A stretch of DNA of 64,000 nucleotides from Amphiscolops sp. MND2022 (taxonomy: Eukaryota): NCBI GenBank assembly GCA_964187785.1, contig OZ076409.1, forward strand, positions 98,520,001 to 98,584,000, in the 5' to 3' direction. The translations under genes were made by a program, and so were the position numbers. Shown piece after piece: positions 24,301 through 37,438 of this stretch. The notes under the pieces were generated by a model. The model had not been told where the DNA came from and did no database searches. It was given only the letters and a program-made list of their open reading frames with translations. Numbering within the stretch: position 1 is the stretch's first letter; each line of letters opens with the position of its first letter.

Positions 24301-27179
24301 GTAATCGGTATAGCCATCTCGTTAGTCTTGCGCTGTATTGGTGATTACTCCGATTCCGTTTTATTAACGGTTCCAGTGCTTGGTAGTCTGTGTACAAAAA
24401 TACTTTCTTTCCGTATAGGTAAAATTGGACTTTTTCAAGTCCCCAGTCTACGGCTAGTAATTCGAGTTCACCGATTGAGTAATTTATTTCGGTGTCGTTT
24501 AAATATCTACTACCGAATGCAATCGGTTTTATTTCTCCGTCATTTTGTTTTTGCCAGAGTGTTATACCGAGTCCAATTTTACTCGCGTCTGTTGTTACCA
24601 TTTTACACTTGTCTTTCGCGTAGTGTGCTAAGCATGGTTTATCGGTCAACATTTGTTTAATTTGTTTGAAATCTTTTTCTTGCTCTTCTTCCCATATCCA
24701 TGGTTCATTCTTTTTAAGTAATTTTCTCAGTCTGTCCGTTTTTTTCCGAAAGTTTCGGTAGGATTTTTGCTAAACATTGTATTGCGCCGAGAAATAATTT
24801 CAGTTCTTTTGTATTGTTCGGTGACTTCAACTTTTGTATGGCTTCGACTTTCTCTTCATTCGGTTTTATTCCATTCTCGTCGATTTCGTGTCCCAGCCAT
24901 TTGGTCTGCTTTAGGAAGAATTCGGATTTTCTTTTACTTGCCCGTTATCCGGCTTTTTCGAGTTTGGATAGAACATCAAATAGTTTCTTCTCGTGTTCCT
25001 GTTTATTTCCGCGTGTTACTACTATGATGTAATCTAGCCATGCCGGTGTGCTGTATTCTAATGTTCGGTCAATTTTTTCTTGGGAGATTGTGGGGATATC
25101 GGGAAGTCCGTAAAACCCTTTTTTGAATCTGTAATATCCGCTAAATTTTGCTCCGGTAATTGCGAATACACATTGTCGGCTTGTTTCTTCGGAAAGTTTC
25201 ATTTGTCCGTATGCGTTGTCTAAGTCGATTTTTGACATGAATAGTTGTAGTGTTCGGTCCCGTGAAATTTCTACCGAAATTTGGTTTAACAATTCTTCCA
25301 TGTTCGGCATGTGTGGTCTCCGTTTAAAGCAACTGTCATTCAGTTTTCGGGAGTCCAATGCTATTTTTACCGATTTATCGTTCTTTACTGTTATTATTAC
25401 CGGTGATACAAAACAGTCTTCATCCACGTTGTTTATTTTTTCTAAATGTCCGGTTTTTATTAGTTTTTCAAGTTCTCGTCCCACATCTTCTTGTAGGTGT
25501 AGTGGAATCGGTCTCGCTTTTTGTTTTACCGGGTAGTGTCCGGGTTTCAATTGTATATTTATTTCGGTATCTTTTATTGTTCGGTTGTTTTCAAATAGGT
25601 CCGGGAATTTTTTAATTACTTTTTCTTTTTCCGACTGATTGGGTTCGGTTAGCTGTATTCTTCCGATTTTCAATTTGAATTTTTTCATCCAGTCCATACC
25701 CAATAATGGTGTTATATCCGTTCTTTCGGAAATTAATATTTCCATTTTTGTTTGTTGTTTTCGTACTCCATGTCTACCGGTATCTTCCCCCGGAATTTTA
25801 CTTCGTTTTTGTTCACGTCTTGGTATCGGTTTGTTATTTTCTGGATTTCGGTCTTCTTCATTATTTGTTCGTCTAGTGGCATTATTGTTATTGGACATCC
25901 GGTGTCGAATATAATTTCTTTTGGTGTTCGATTTATTTTTATTTTGGCTGTGTAGTGTTTCTGTTGTTCTACGATCTTCTTTATTTCATCTATGTGGTAT
26001 ATACTCTCATCGGATTCACTCATTGATTCATTCGGTTCTGTTTCTTCTTCTTCGGTAAGTGTTTTCACTGTTCGGTTGTTCTTTGTTCTTTGTTTACCTA
26101 CTCGTGCGTAGTGTAGTTTCTTTCCGCAATTGTTGCAATTTGAGTCTTGTGCGGGGCATTTGTGTATTGGGCTCCAGTTCGGTGCGTTGCAGAATCTGCA
26201 TGGTCGGCTTCCTGTTATTCTTGTTTTCGGCCTGGTACCGTATTTTTCTATTCTTTGTATCGGTTCCTCTTTGATTATTTGTTTTTCTTTTGCTGTAATC
26301 AAGGCTTCTGGTATTGTGTTTTTTTCTTGTTTTTCTTTTCGTAGGTATTTTGTTTGATCATTTCGATCGTTTTCTTCATCTCTAATGTTTTCTCTTTCAT
26401 TAGTTTGTCCCGTAGTTTCTTGCCTGTTATTGCCGTCATGTATTTGGATATTAGCAATTCTTCGGCTGATATACTGCCGAAGTTGCATTCTTTTTCTATC
26501 TCGATAAGTCTTCTCCAAAATTCTTCAGGTGTCTCATTTTCTGATTGTTTTGCCCAAAAGAAGTCCCCTCTATTATGGTATGTCTTGCGTTTCGGGAGGT
26601 AATGTTCGGTGTACAACCGGATTAAATCTTTGATTTTGACACTTTCCGGTTCCGTTTTGTACTCGGCCCGAGTTATTTGGTATTGTGCTTCCGGTCCCAC
26701 TCCTCAGATGAAGTCTTCTTGGATGTTTGTTTCTTTTTCGGCGGTCCATCCGGCCTCTGTGATATCTTCTCCCATTATCAGCGGAGTGATATCGATTTTG
26801 TGTTCTCGTTTAGTAAACTGCCGGAGTCTCTCCAGCCATTGTCTTGGGGTAAATATTTGGTTTCCGTCCGATGCCTTTGCTTCTAGGTTCGGTAAGGTGT
26901 TCTTTTCTGCCATGGTTCCGGTAAAAATTTTCGGTTTGTTTTTTAAAATCTTGCTTACTGCGCCATGTTGTATCTTGGGTTATTACTAGAAAAAGAACAC
27001 AGTTTTCTAAAAGTATCTCTTCTCTGTACTCAAGTGTACGTTACGTATCAAATAACATAAATGAAATGTTTCAGTATATATCTACTGTTTGTAAACATTA
27101 AGTAGGTATGTCTACAACCGGAGTTCGGTAAAGGTCAGTTTATCAGTTTCTTGATGATTGACGGATGAACCGTATAACA
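21380..27179 (-). mobile_element. Ty3/gypsy LTR retrotransposon A (Mag-like, short LTRs), decayed
   Basis: 214-bp TG..CA LTRs at 21380-21593 and 26966-27179 (~7 differences); PBS TGGCGCAGTAAGCAAG (26950-26965, tRNA-Ser-like); PPT 21594-21608; imperfect 5-bp TSD GCAGA/GCAGG. Confidence 0.93.
21753..26913 (-). pseudogene. gag-pol: gag-pol of element A, broken into at least six ORF fragments
   Basis: Zn knuckles CRFCNAPNWSPIHKC/CNNCGKKLH, protease IFDTGC, RT (IALDSRKLN; WLDY in place of xxDD), RNase H TTDAS...ELELLAV, integrase HFGH..CTAC, QIDFTG, KSDEG, VERAIQT. Confidence 0.9.
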
Positions 27180-27323
27180 GCAGGCACCAACTGGTACGAA
27201 ATGGTATCATCGTCCATTTAGGGTTATATCTGAATGCGAAAGTTCAGTGGGCAGCCAAAAAACGTTAAGTAAAATTATGAACAAATTTAAAGGACGAATA
27301 ATTTGGACGTCAAGTTTTTTTTC

Positions 27324-30300
27324 AATGTGGTAATCGGTATAGCCATCTCGTTAGTCTTGCGCTGTATTGGTGATTACTCCGATTCCGTTTTATTAACGGT
27401 TCCAGTGCTTGGTAGTCTGTGTACAAAAATACTTTCTTTCCGTATAGGTAAAATTGGACTTTTTCAAGTCCCCAGTCTACTGCTAGTAATTCGAGTTCAC
27501 CGATTGAGTAATTTATTTCGGTGTCGTTTAAATATCTACTACCGAATGCAATCGGTTTTATTTCTCCGTCATTTTGTTTTTGCCAGAGTGTTATACCGAG
27601 TCCAATTTTACTCGCGTCTGTTGTTACCATTTTACACTTGTCTTTCGCGTAGTGTGCTAAGCATGGTTTATCGGTCAACATTTGTTTAATTTGTTTGAAA
27701 TCTTTTTCTTGCTCTTCTTCCCATATCCATGGTTCATTCTTTTTAAGTAATTTTCTCAGTCTGTCCGTTTTTTTCCGAAAGTTTCGGTAGGATTTTTGCT
27801 AAACATTGTATTGCGCCGAGAAATAATTTCAGTTCTTTTGTATTGTTCGGTGACTTCAACTTTTGTATGGCTTCGACTTTCTCTTCATTCGGTTTTATTC
27901 CATTCTCGTCGATTTCGTGTCCCAGCCATTTGGTCTGCTTTAGGAAGAATTCGGATTTTCTTTTACTTGCCCGTTATCCGGCTTTTTCGAGTTTGGATAG
28001 AACATCAAATAGTTTCTTCTCGTGTTCCTGTTTATTTCCGCGTGTTACTACTATGATGTAATCTAGCCATGCCGGTGTGCTGTATTCTAATGTTCGGTCA
28101 ATTTTTTCTTGGGAGATTGTGGGGATATCGGGAAGTCCGTAAAACCCTTTTTTGAATCTGTAATATCCGCTAAATTTTGCTCCGGTAATTGCGAATACAC
28201 ATTGTCGGCTTGTTTCTTCGGAAAGTTTCATTTGTCCGTATGCGTTGTCTAAGTCGATTTTTGACATGAATAGTTGTAGTGTTCGGTCCCGTGAAATTTC
28301 TACCGAAATTTGGTTTAACAATTCTTCCATGTTCGGCATGTGTGGTCTCCGTTTAAAGCAACTGTCATTCAGTTTTCGGGAGTCCAATGCTATTTTTACC
28401 GATTTATCGTTCTTTACTGTTATTATTACCGGTGATACAAAACAGTCTTCATCCACGTTGTTTATTTTTTCTAAATGTCCGGTTTTTATTAGTTTTTCAA
28501 GTTCTCGTCCCACATCTTCTTGTAGGTGTAGTGGAATCGGTCTCGCTTTTTGTTTTACCGGGTAGTGTCCGGGTTTCAATTGTATATTTATTTCGGTATC
28601 TTTTATTGTTCGGTTGTTTTCAAATAGGTCCGGGAATTTTTTAATTACTTTTTCTTTTTCCGACTGATTGGGTTCGGTTAGCTGTATTCTTCCGATTTTC
28701 AATTTGAATTTTTTCATCCAGTCCATACCCAATAATGGTGTTATATCCGTTCTTTCGGAAATTAATATTTCCATTTTTGTTTGTTGTTTTCGTACTCCAT
28801 GTCTACCGGTATCTTCCCCCGGAATTTTACTTCGTTTTTGTTCACGTCTTGGTATCGGTTTGTTATTTTCTGGATTTCGGTCTTCTTCATTATTTGTTCG
28901 TCTAGTGGCATTATTGTTATTGGACATCCGGTGTCGAATATAATTTCTTTTGGTGTTCGATTTATTTTTATTTTGGCTGTGTAGTGTTTCTGTTGTTCTA
29001 CGATCTTCTTTATTTCATCTATGTGGTATATACTCTCATCGGATTCACTCATTGATTCATTCGGTTCTGTTTCTTCTTCTTCGGTAAGTGTTTTCACTGT
29101 TCGGTTGTTCTTTGTTCTTTGTTTACCTACTCGTGCGTAGTGTAGTTTCTTTCCGCAATTGTTGCAATTTGAGTCTTGTGCGGGGCATTTGTGTATTGGG
29201 CTCCAGTTCGGTGCGTTGCAGAATCTGCATGGTCGGCTTCCTGTTATTCTTGTTTTCGGCCTGGTACCGTATTTTTCTATTCTTTGTATCGGTTCCTCTT
29301 TGATTATTTGTTTTTCTTTTGCTGTAATCAAGGCTTCTGGTATTGTGTTTTTTTCTTGTTTTTCTTTTCGTAGGTATTTTGTTTGATCATTTCGATCGTT
29401 TTCTTCATCTCTAATGTTTTCTCTTTCATTAGTTTGTCCCGTAGTTTCTTGCCTGTTATTGCCGTCATGTATTTGGATATTAGCAATTCTTCGGCTGATA
29501 TACTGCCGAAGTTGCATTCTTTTTCTATCTCGATAAGTCTTCTCCAAAATTCTTCAGGTGTCTCATTTTCTGATTGTTTTGCCCAAAAGAAGTCCCCTCT
29601 ATTATGGTATGTCTTGCGTTTCGGGAGGTAATGTTCGGTGTACAACCGGATTAAATCTTTGATTTTGACACTTTCCGGTTCCGTTTTGTACTCGGCCCGA
29701 GTTATTTGGTATTGTGCTTCCGGTCCCACTCCTCAGATGAAGTCTTCTTGGATGTTTGTTTCTTTTTCGGCGGTCCATCCGGCCTCTGTGATATCTTCTC
29801 CCATTATCAGCGGAGTGATATCGATTTTGTGTTCTCGTTTAGTAAACTGCCGGAGTCTCTCCAGCCATTGTCTTGGGGTAAATATTTGGTTTCCGTCCGA
29901 TGCCTTTGCTTCTAGGTTCGGTAAGGTGTTCTTTTCTGCCATGGTTCCGGTAAAAATTTTCGGTTTGTTTTTTAAAATCTTGCTTACTGCGCCATGTTGT
30001 ATCTTGGGTTATTACTAGAAAAAGAACACAGTTTTCTAAAAGTATCTCTTCTCTGTACTCAAGTGTACGTTACGTATCAAATAACATAAATGAAATGTTT
30101 CAGTATATATCTACTGTTTGTAAACATTAAGTAGGTATGTCTACAACCGGAGTTCGGTAAAGGTCAGTTTATCAGTTTCTTGATGATTGACGGATGAACC
30201 GTATAACAGCAGGCACCAACTGGTACGAAATGGTATCATCGTCCATTTAGGGTTATATCTGAATGCGAAAGTTCAGTGGGCAGCCAAAAAACGTTAAGTA

Positions 30301-30352
30301 AAATTATGAACAAATTTAAAGGACGAATAATTTGGACGTCAAGTTTTTTTTT
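27324..30352 (-). repeat. Tandem duplicate of 24295-27323 (RNase H to gag, 5' LTR at 29995-30208, and ~143 bp of flank)
   Basis: Constant 3029-bp offset across all ORFs (24945/27974, 25733/28762, 26704/29733); nearly identical, one substitution seen (24452 G vs 27481 T). Confidence 0.95.
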
Positions 30353-33300
30353 GAAAAGCTTCGAAACATCTGTTTCACACAAAACTTTGCTCAAAATTTT
30401 GTTTTAGTCGTCATAGAATCTGTTATGGATTACAAGTAACATTTGGACTCTACACGCAGTTTTTCGTTAATAATTTTTCCGCAAAGTTTTAAAAAACCGC
30501 TCTTTATATCATTTTCTGAAGCGTTGGTTTTTTCAACGTTCAAATTCATTCATTAAAGTTGCCGTAAATGTTTCGCATAAAAATATTTAAATTCGCATAA
30601 ATAACAAACTTTCCATATTTTTAAATCAAAATATTCGGTGAATTCAGTTGTTTAGAACGAATTGTGCTGTTCACCACTTTTAAATGCCAGTTCAAAGATT
30701 GTAAGAAAACTGTAGGGTTTGCATTCAGTTTCTTTAACTCTTTCAGCTCATTCAGAGCGGCCCAGATTGATTGGTGGGTCTAAAGTTTCAATGGCGAAGA
30801 AAATCAAAAGAGAGAAAATAGACCGTTCCAATCAATCTGGGTCTATTCTTTTCTAATCGAAGAAATCTTGTGTCAATAGTTTCTATTTCATTCCACTGTA
30901 TCGAGTAAAGTAAATCGTTTTTGGTGAACAGCAATTCAACAGTTAGTTTGAGAAGTTTTCACATTCATTCAATCAAGACAAGTGAAAGTTATCACGTTCG
31001 TTTCAGAAAAAGTTCGAAGAAAGTTTTCAGGCAAGCGGAAGTTGACTTCTGTTGAAATCCCAATTTCGTTGGAATGTTCGAAATCAGTTACAAAGATGCA
31101 TATTTGCGTAAATTTGCAGTATTATTATCTTTCACTGGTAGCATTTTTACTTTAAACTGTAAAACGAAATTTATATTTCTCAGAAATGTAGCAATTTCTC
31201 AGAAAATAGTTTAAATTTCTCAGAAATTGTCAAAATAGGTTTTAAAATAGTTGAAATAGGTGAATTTCGTATTTTTGCTGTATTAGGTTAATACAGAAGT
31301 GATGAAAAACGTAGCAGGAACCCTCCAAACGTCCTAACTTGCCTATTTTTGAATGTAGATGACATTTTCATGAAGAAAGCGCGAATAAAAAAATTTCCGG
31401 TTTCGTCAGTATAACCTCGACAGTACACCGAGAAGTTGAAAAAAGGACAAAAAATAGAAAAAAAAATTTCAAAGCCTAATTTCTCCACGAATTATAGCGA
31501 CAGCTCAAATCGGTTTTCTGCTCCTGAAAGCCCTTTACCTAAGCTTTCAAATGGACACTAGTTAGGCTGGGAGTTGGCGCCACTCTCAAATGCCACTCGA
31601 ACTTTTAGCTGAAGCTTCATTAAAAAAACTTCTATATGCGGTTTCAATGGTGGCAAACTGTGTTACTAGAGTGTGACAGTAACTTAGCAAATAGTTGCTG
31701 TGGTATTGAGAAAAGGTTAAATTTCTGAAAAGTATTTTTTTGCAAATTTTCACTTTTTTCTAGTTACCTTTTTGCCGGTGGTTCGGAAAACAAACTATTT
31801 TCACACAAATAACAACTCGCCCCAGGTGGTCCAATAGATTGTTGATCAGAAAAACAAAATTTCGTTTTCCTATATGTTTTTTGCGTTTCGTAGTATTTTA
31901 TTGATTGTGAAAAAAAAATTGCTGTCCTCATTTGGGGACAAAAGCACTGTCGAGGTTAAAAAGGTAAAAATAGGTAAATACCTTTTTTCCGGTCCCTGAA
32001 TAAATCTAAGAACTTACAAGTATCGAACTGAAACTTCGCATGATAATTGCATGTGATTGAATCTCAGATCGAAGCCGCCTTTCATTTGACCAATATTTAC
32101 TAAAAATTTTACCTATTGTACTTTTATGGTTGAGGAATATTTGATGTCTTTTTTTTCAAAGGAGGCAATTCACGGTTCAACAGAATAACAACTCCAAATT
32201 TGTTCCAGTTCGAACACTCAATTAAAGATTTCCCATAAATCCATTTTTTGCAAAAAATGGTTTCTACTTGAGGAATCAAGCGATTGATTGTAGACCAATT
32301 TTGTTTCAAGTGCTGAACGCAAAACTGTTTTTTGTAGAGTAGATAAATTTTCGTTTTATGTTGTCTGTGTACAATTCAGAGCATGAAGAGAACAATTCAA
32401 AAACAAATGAACACCTATCTATAAGCATACAGAGCCGACTGGATATTTTCAAGGTCAGCAAAAACTATCTGGAAAAATTAAGATTCTGATGATGAATAGA
32501 CAAAACAGTATGAAAAAATTAAATCAAAAGCGGGGTTAGCGTTTGAGGGTAATGAAAAACCGATAGAAAATATGTAATATTTCAACAATTTTTCCAGCAA
32601 ATTTGCTGAAACGGCTCTTTTTTCACATTCTAAACCTTCTTCATACTTTCAGCTCACGCTTCCGTTTGAAACAACTAAAGAACTGACAAGAGTCTCCAGC
32701 CATGTCACACCATTTGCGCTAGGTCGAGGCGGACTAGGTCGTGACTTTTTGGTCCTGTTTTCTCTTTACTTCAATCTTTTCTTTTTCATTTTTTTAACTT
32801 TTTAAACGTAACATACAAAACCGGACGAAACCTAAAGGGTCCCCTTTCAATTTTTTTCTGCACCGTGCATTTTTTTCTAAATTTTTTTTATGTCTCCAAA
32901 AGGTTCCCGTTAAATTTTATTTAAGTCCCCCTCGTAATATCCGGAGTAAAGCGCTATATTCGAACTTTTGACGTTATATCCGAACTGTATTGCGTTTTAT
33001 TGTGGAGGATGCGGAGGTTCGAAAAAAAAGTTTTTCACGAAAAGGTCATACGCATATTTGAAAACTGCGCTTGAGATATAGCGCCGACTTAACACGATCC
33101 CATCTTGTTAGTTGTTTGACAAGGACGTTTGAATACACTTTACTTCGTGAAACAATTGTGGGTGGAGGAAGTTGTCCCGTTTTTCTAGAAAGCGTATTGT
33201 AGTAAAATACGAAAATTCCACAGTGCCACTTCGACCTCTGTTTTGCTTAAATTTGTTTCTTCCTCAGTTTTCTTTCATAAATCTGTTTTACATCTCTTAC

Positions 33301-33401
33301 GAAAAGATTGTCAGCTGAATGACACACTTGTAATTGGTATAACGTAGTACGTTGTACGTTAAAACCTCGGTAGTGCCTATCGCCTTTCAGTATTTGAAGA
33401 A

Positions 33402-33852
33402 ACAAGCCGGAACGGCCCTAGTTGGCGCCATATCTAAAGCTCAAAAAACAATGTGAAGTTTGGGGGTAAAATGGAAAAACTTCCCGAGAAAAAAAAGAAT
33501 ACGATTTATCGGTACTTTGAAAACGTTATACCCGAACTTTGAAAACGTTATATCCGACCTTTGAAAACGTTATATCCAAACATTGAAAACGTTACATCTG
33601 AACTTTGAAAACGTTCTATCCGAAGTATAAAAACGTTATATCCAGTTTTTGAAAACGTTATATTCGAACTTCGAAAACGTTACATACGAACTTTAACTTT
33701 GAAAACGTAAGATCCGAACTAAAACCCCGGTTGACCTTCAAAAGATTCGGCTGATTCGGCTTCGAAAGTTTCGGCTGAAAAGATGAATGAATGAACAAAG
33801 AAAGTGGACCATTTAGAGTGAACTGGAAAAACTAGCCACTGTAATAGTCGGC
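33402..33852 (-). mobile_element. HINE-like repeat family 1 (reverse) containing a minisatellite
   Basis: acaagccggaacggccctagttggcgccatatctaaagctcaaaaa is the reverse 3' end; ccactgtaatagtcg is the reverse 5' region; lies tail-to-tail with a forward copy at ~32800-33108. Confidence 0.6.
33515..33720. repeat. Minisatellite, 9 units of ~22 bp (CTTTGAAAACGTTATATCCGAA)
   Basis: Directly readable head-to-tail degenerate repeats without spacers. Confidence 0.9.
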
Positions 33853-36800
33853 ATTACTGTGTGGTAACCGGCAAGGCCTTCCAAAACTCGGTAAGTGGTG
33901 GGCAAAAACTCGGGAATGCATGGGCGTGTTTTGCTGTCCATAACTGAAAATCTCGGAAACGGATGGGCGAAATCAACTATTCGTTGAATATAATCTGTCC
34001 ATTCGTTTTCACTAAGTGTGGCCTATGAATTTGATAGAAATCTTGAATACATATCATGAAATGTCCGAGTTATGCATATGCAGCCGAATATTTGCCGAAT
34101 ATCAGAAGTTTAATAAACCATTCACAGGTACGTTTTTTATTCCGAAAACATTTTGAATATTGATTATCATTCTTTCCTCTTTTTCATCAATCTATCTTAC
34201 ATCCAGCGATATTCTATAATGGCTGATAAGGATAATAATTGAATTTTAGTTATTATTCTTGTTATCTAATTATTAAAAGTTTGATTAGCAAACTTTGCAT
34301 ACAGGAACGAAATTGCTTTTGTAGTAATTGTACAATTATCAAACAACTTTTGTTGTTATTGTTGAATAAATAAAAACTTCAAATATTTGCCCGATTTAGC
34401 GATTAGCGATTATGCATGGGCAATTAAGAATATGCATTTTTCGTTTTATTAAGAATTGAAAGGTTTTCAGGTTTATCAGCAGAAATTTTCAAAACCTTTT
34501 ACCCTTTTCCTTTTACCGCTTTTTGCTTTGCAAAAAGCTTCTAGAATTGCTGGAAAGCACTTTGACCTAGGCATAGAGATGGCGGCAATCTTATCTCTGT
34601 ACTTTAGCGCTGGGACAAAGTTTTCAAGCTTGGAAATGAAGGCCATTTTTTTCGGCACTATGCAGTTTTTCTAGGTTTTCCAGTTTTTACCAGGGGTTAG
34701 CTGTTTGGTTTGGAAAGTTTAGAAAACGCGTTCCTTGAGTACAAAGGGTCACAACGGCGGGTAATTGCAGCACTGTGCAACCTAATTCGAAAAACAATTT
34801 TATTGTAAGTCCTAAATTTGGGTTTTGGTGACGTTTTCAGTTGAGGAAGTTGATGTTTTTCCGGTGTTGTTTTGTTCTACTCAATCTATATTAGTTTTAA
34901 ACAATATTTCAATGCGTTTTGATTTGTTTCGTTTGATTTATAGACATTCCAGTGGTGCTAGTTCTAACTTCAGTTGTTTTAGATGTTATTCCAGTGCTTT
35001 TAGATCTTATTCCAGTGATTTTGAATTTATTTCAGTAATTTTTAGTTTTTATTTATTATCTGTGACTTTAAAAGGATTTTTCTTGGAAACAGGAATGTTT
35101 TGATAAGATGTTACCATGATATCTTACTTTGATATGATGTTACCACGATGTCTAATCGTATAATATTTCAATTATCTTTTTTAGTCGGCGCGTTAGTAGA
35201 AAAAGACGACTGCATACTGGCTTTTCTTTTTATAAAGACCAACTAAGTGACAGATTTTATAACCTTCATGAGCTGTAACGTTCCTTGAAGAATTTGTCAA
35301 AGCTTTAAAAATGCTAAGGAGTCGACAATGACGGAACCCATACCGGATTTAACGCAAAGCGGATACAACGAATTCCGGATACAACGAATTCGTATATAAA
35401 GTCTCCCGAATATAATGTTTTTGGAGAAATTTTCAATGTTACAAAAGGGTCCCCTTTTGATTTTTTTTGGCGCAAAGCGGATTTTATGCGAACGTATTTA
35501 ACGAATTTCGGATATAACGTTTCTTTGAGAATTTTTCAATGTTATTTCGGCTTTGTGAGACTTTTTTTCGAATATTTTTCAGTGTCTCAAGTTGTCCCCC
35601 TTCAATTTTTTTCTCGATATTTTGCAAAAAATGGATGTTAAAATATCACAAAGCGTCCCCCCTTTCAGATTTTTGGCAGCATGAGACTGTTCAAAATTCT
35701 AATTTCTCGTCTGATTCAAGATTTTCTCAATGCATATCCAATACTTTTTTTTCAACACTTCCTGAATTTTTTCAAGACCGATTTGCTTTTTTTTCGGTAC
35801 TACATGACTCTTCTCCATTTTATTTTCATCCCCCCTTCAATTTATACAAGAAACCAACAGCTTTGCGAGCATAGAGGGCTACTTAGAGTTTTCGGCACTG
35901 TGCGACTTACCGGAATCGTTTTTTGGAAAAAATTCAAAAAATTGTTTCCCAACTTTTAGTTTTTTTGAGGTTTTTAAAAAAGTAAGGGTTTTACACAAAA
36001 AACGCGCATTCGGTGTTCAAATCATCTGTTGGTTTTATATCATTATGAGCCTCAAACCTTGGATCTTTGGATTTTTTCAATGCAAAAAAGTTTGTGAGAA
36101 GTAATAATTTTCTCGGAGGTTTCGTATTTTGGTGGTCAAAATAAATGTGATTGATTATATGGGGAAAATTGAAATCAGAAACAGGTTAGAAACCTTGTTT
36201 TAAAATCTTCACGTGTTTCATAGAGGAAGCAATTTGTCGTGACCTAGTTCTAGATGCATAACTTTGACATATTTACATTTTTGACCTGTGAATAAAGCGG
36301 AATATTTGCGAGATAGCAAAGGTCATGGAATTCTGTCTACCAAGAATTTATTAAATTTAGCTTCTCAACTGACGCAATAACCGGGCAGATTTAAGAGAAA
36401 CTTGACATGGAAGAAATTGCAATTTGTTCAGACTTAATCTTCAAACGCAAATAATTAAATCTGCTAACTTTTCCTCTTTTATGTTTGCTAAGCTCTGACT
36501 GAGTGTTAAAGCTACTGGCGACAATCGAATCGGTTGGAAACATGAAAGACTGCATAGTATAAGAATTGTCTGAGTTCATGCAAGACTCTGTGAGAATCTT
36601 GCAAATTGCAGTCATTTTTCTTGAATGTTAATAAATAACCATACAAGTCAACAAATTTCTTTTCATGCAAAGCAAACAAAAGATGCCTTTTCATGATGGA
36701 AGGATTTAGGGTTTCCAAGTGATTTAGGGTTGCTGATTGTGATTTGCAATTTCAGAGGAAAAACACAAAGCCAAGTCGGTAGGCTGCTTTGAAGCTTCCT

Positions 36801-37438
36801 AAAAATGTTAGGAAAAAAGTTGTTCATTGACGTCACCAGACATACTTAACACCTTGAAATCTTGAAAGCTACATGAATCAAGTTAAAAGAAGTGAAGGCT
36901 AAAGAATCAAAACGCCGCGCTAGAAAAAATGCTTTTAATGTCTATTAGAAAATGCTAACAAGTCAGCAACAGTCCACGTAGAAACTCGTCAAAAGCTCAG
37001 ATGAAAATTTAAGTTTTGCAGTTTCGAAAACAATTAAAGGAAGACCAAAATTTACAGGTCAGCATAGAGCAAGATATAAGAGATATAAGAGGAAAAATAC
37101 CAGGTTAAAAACAATTATTCAATCATATCATCAGATGGTGAAAAAATCACAGGGACAATAAGGCGCGATGTGACAGGGTTGACAAAAAAGACTAAAAGAA
37201 ACTTTAATTGAAACATATATACAACTGTCAATCATAGTATGTTCAATTATCCAAACTGTTGTTGTCTATTTATATATTTATCAACATTGTCAATAGTACC
37301 AGCAGAATCGTAGACCACCAAAAGAAACGGTGAACCATTTCACCACATGGTCTAGTTAATGAATAGATTCTTGCTCTGCTCTCCTCTTTGTAATCTAAAA
37401 AGAAATACAAGTTACTGAGTATAAAGAAACCCTATAAC

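Noticed and set aside
33515..33720. Possible CRISPR array
   Set aside because: Units are contiguous with no unique spacers, degenerate, in eukaryotic DNA with no cas genes; it is a minisatellite
30353..37168. Host exons in the AT-rich interval (also 13150-17900, 43030-46740)
   Set aside because: No GC3-rich, splice-bounded segments like the Nrx-IV exons and no recognisable protein motifs seen
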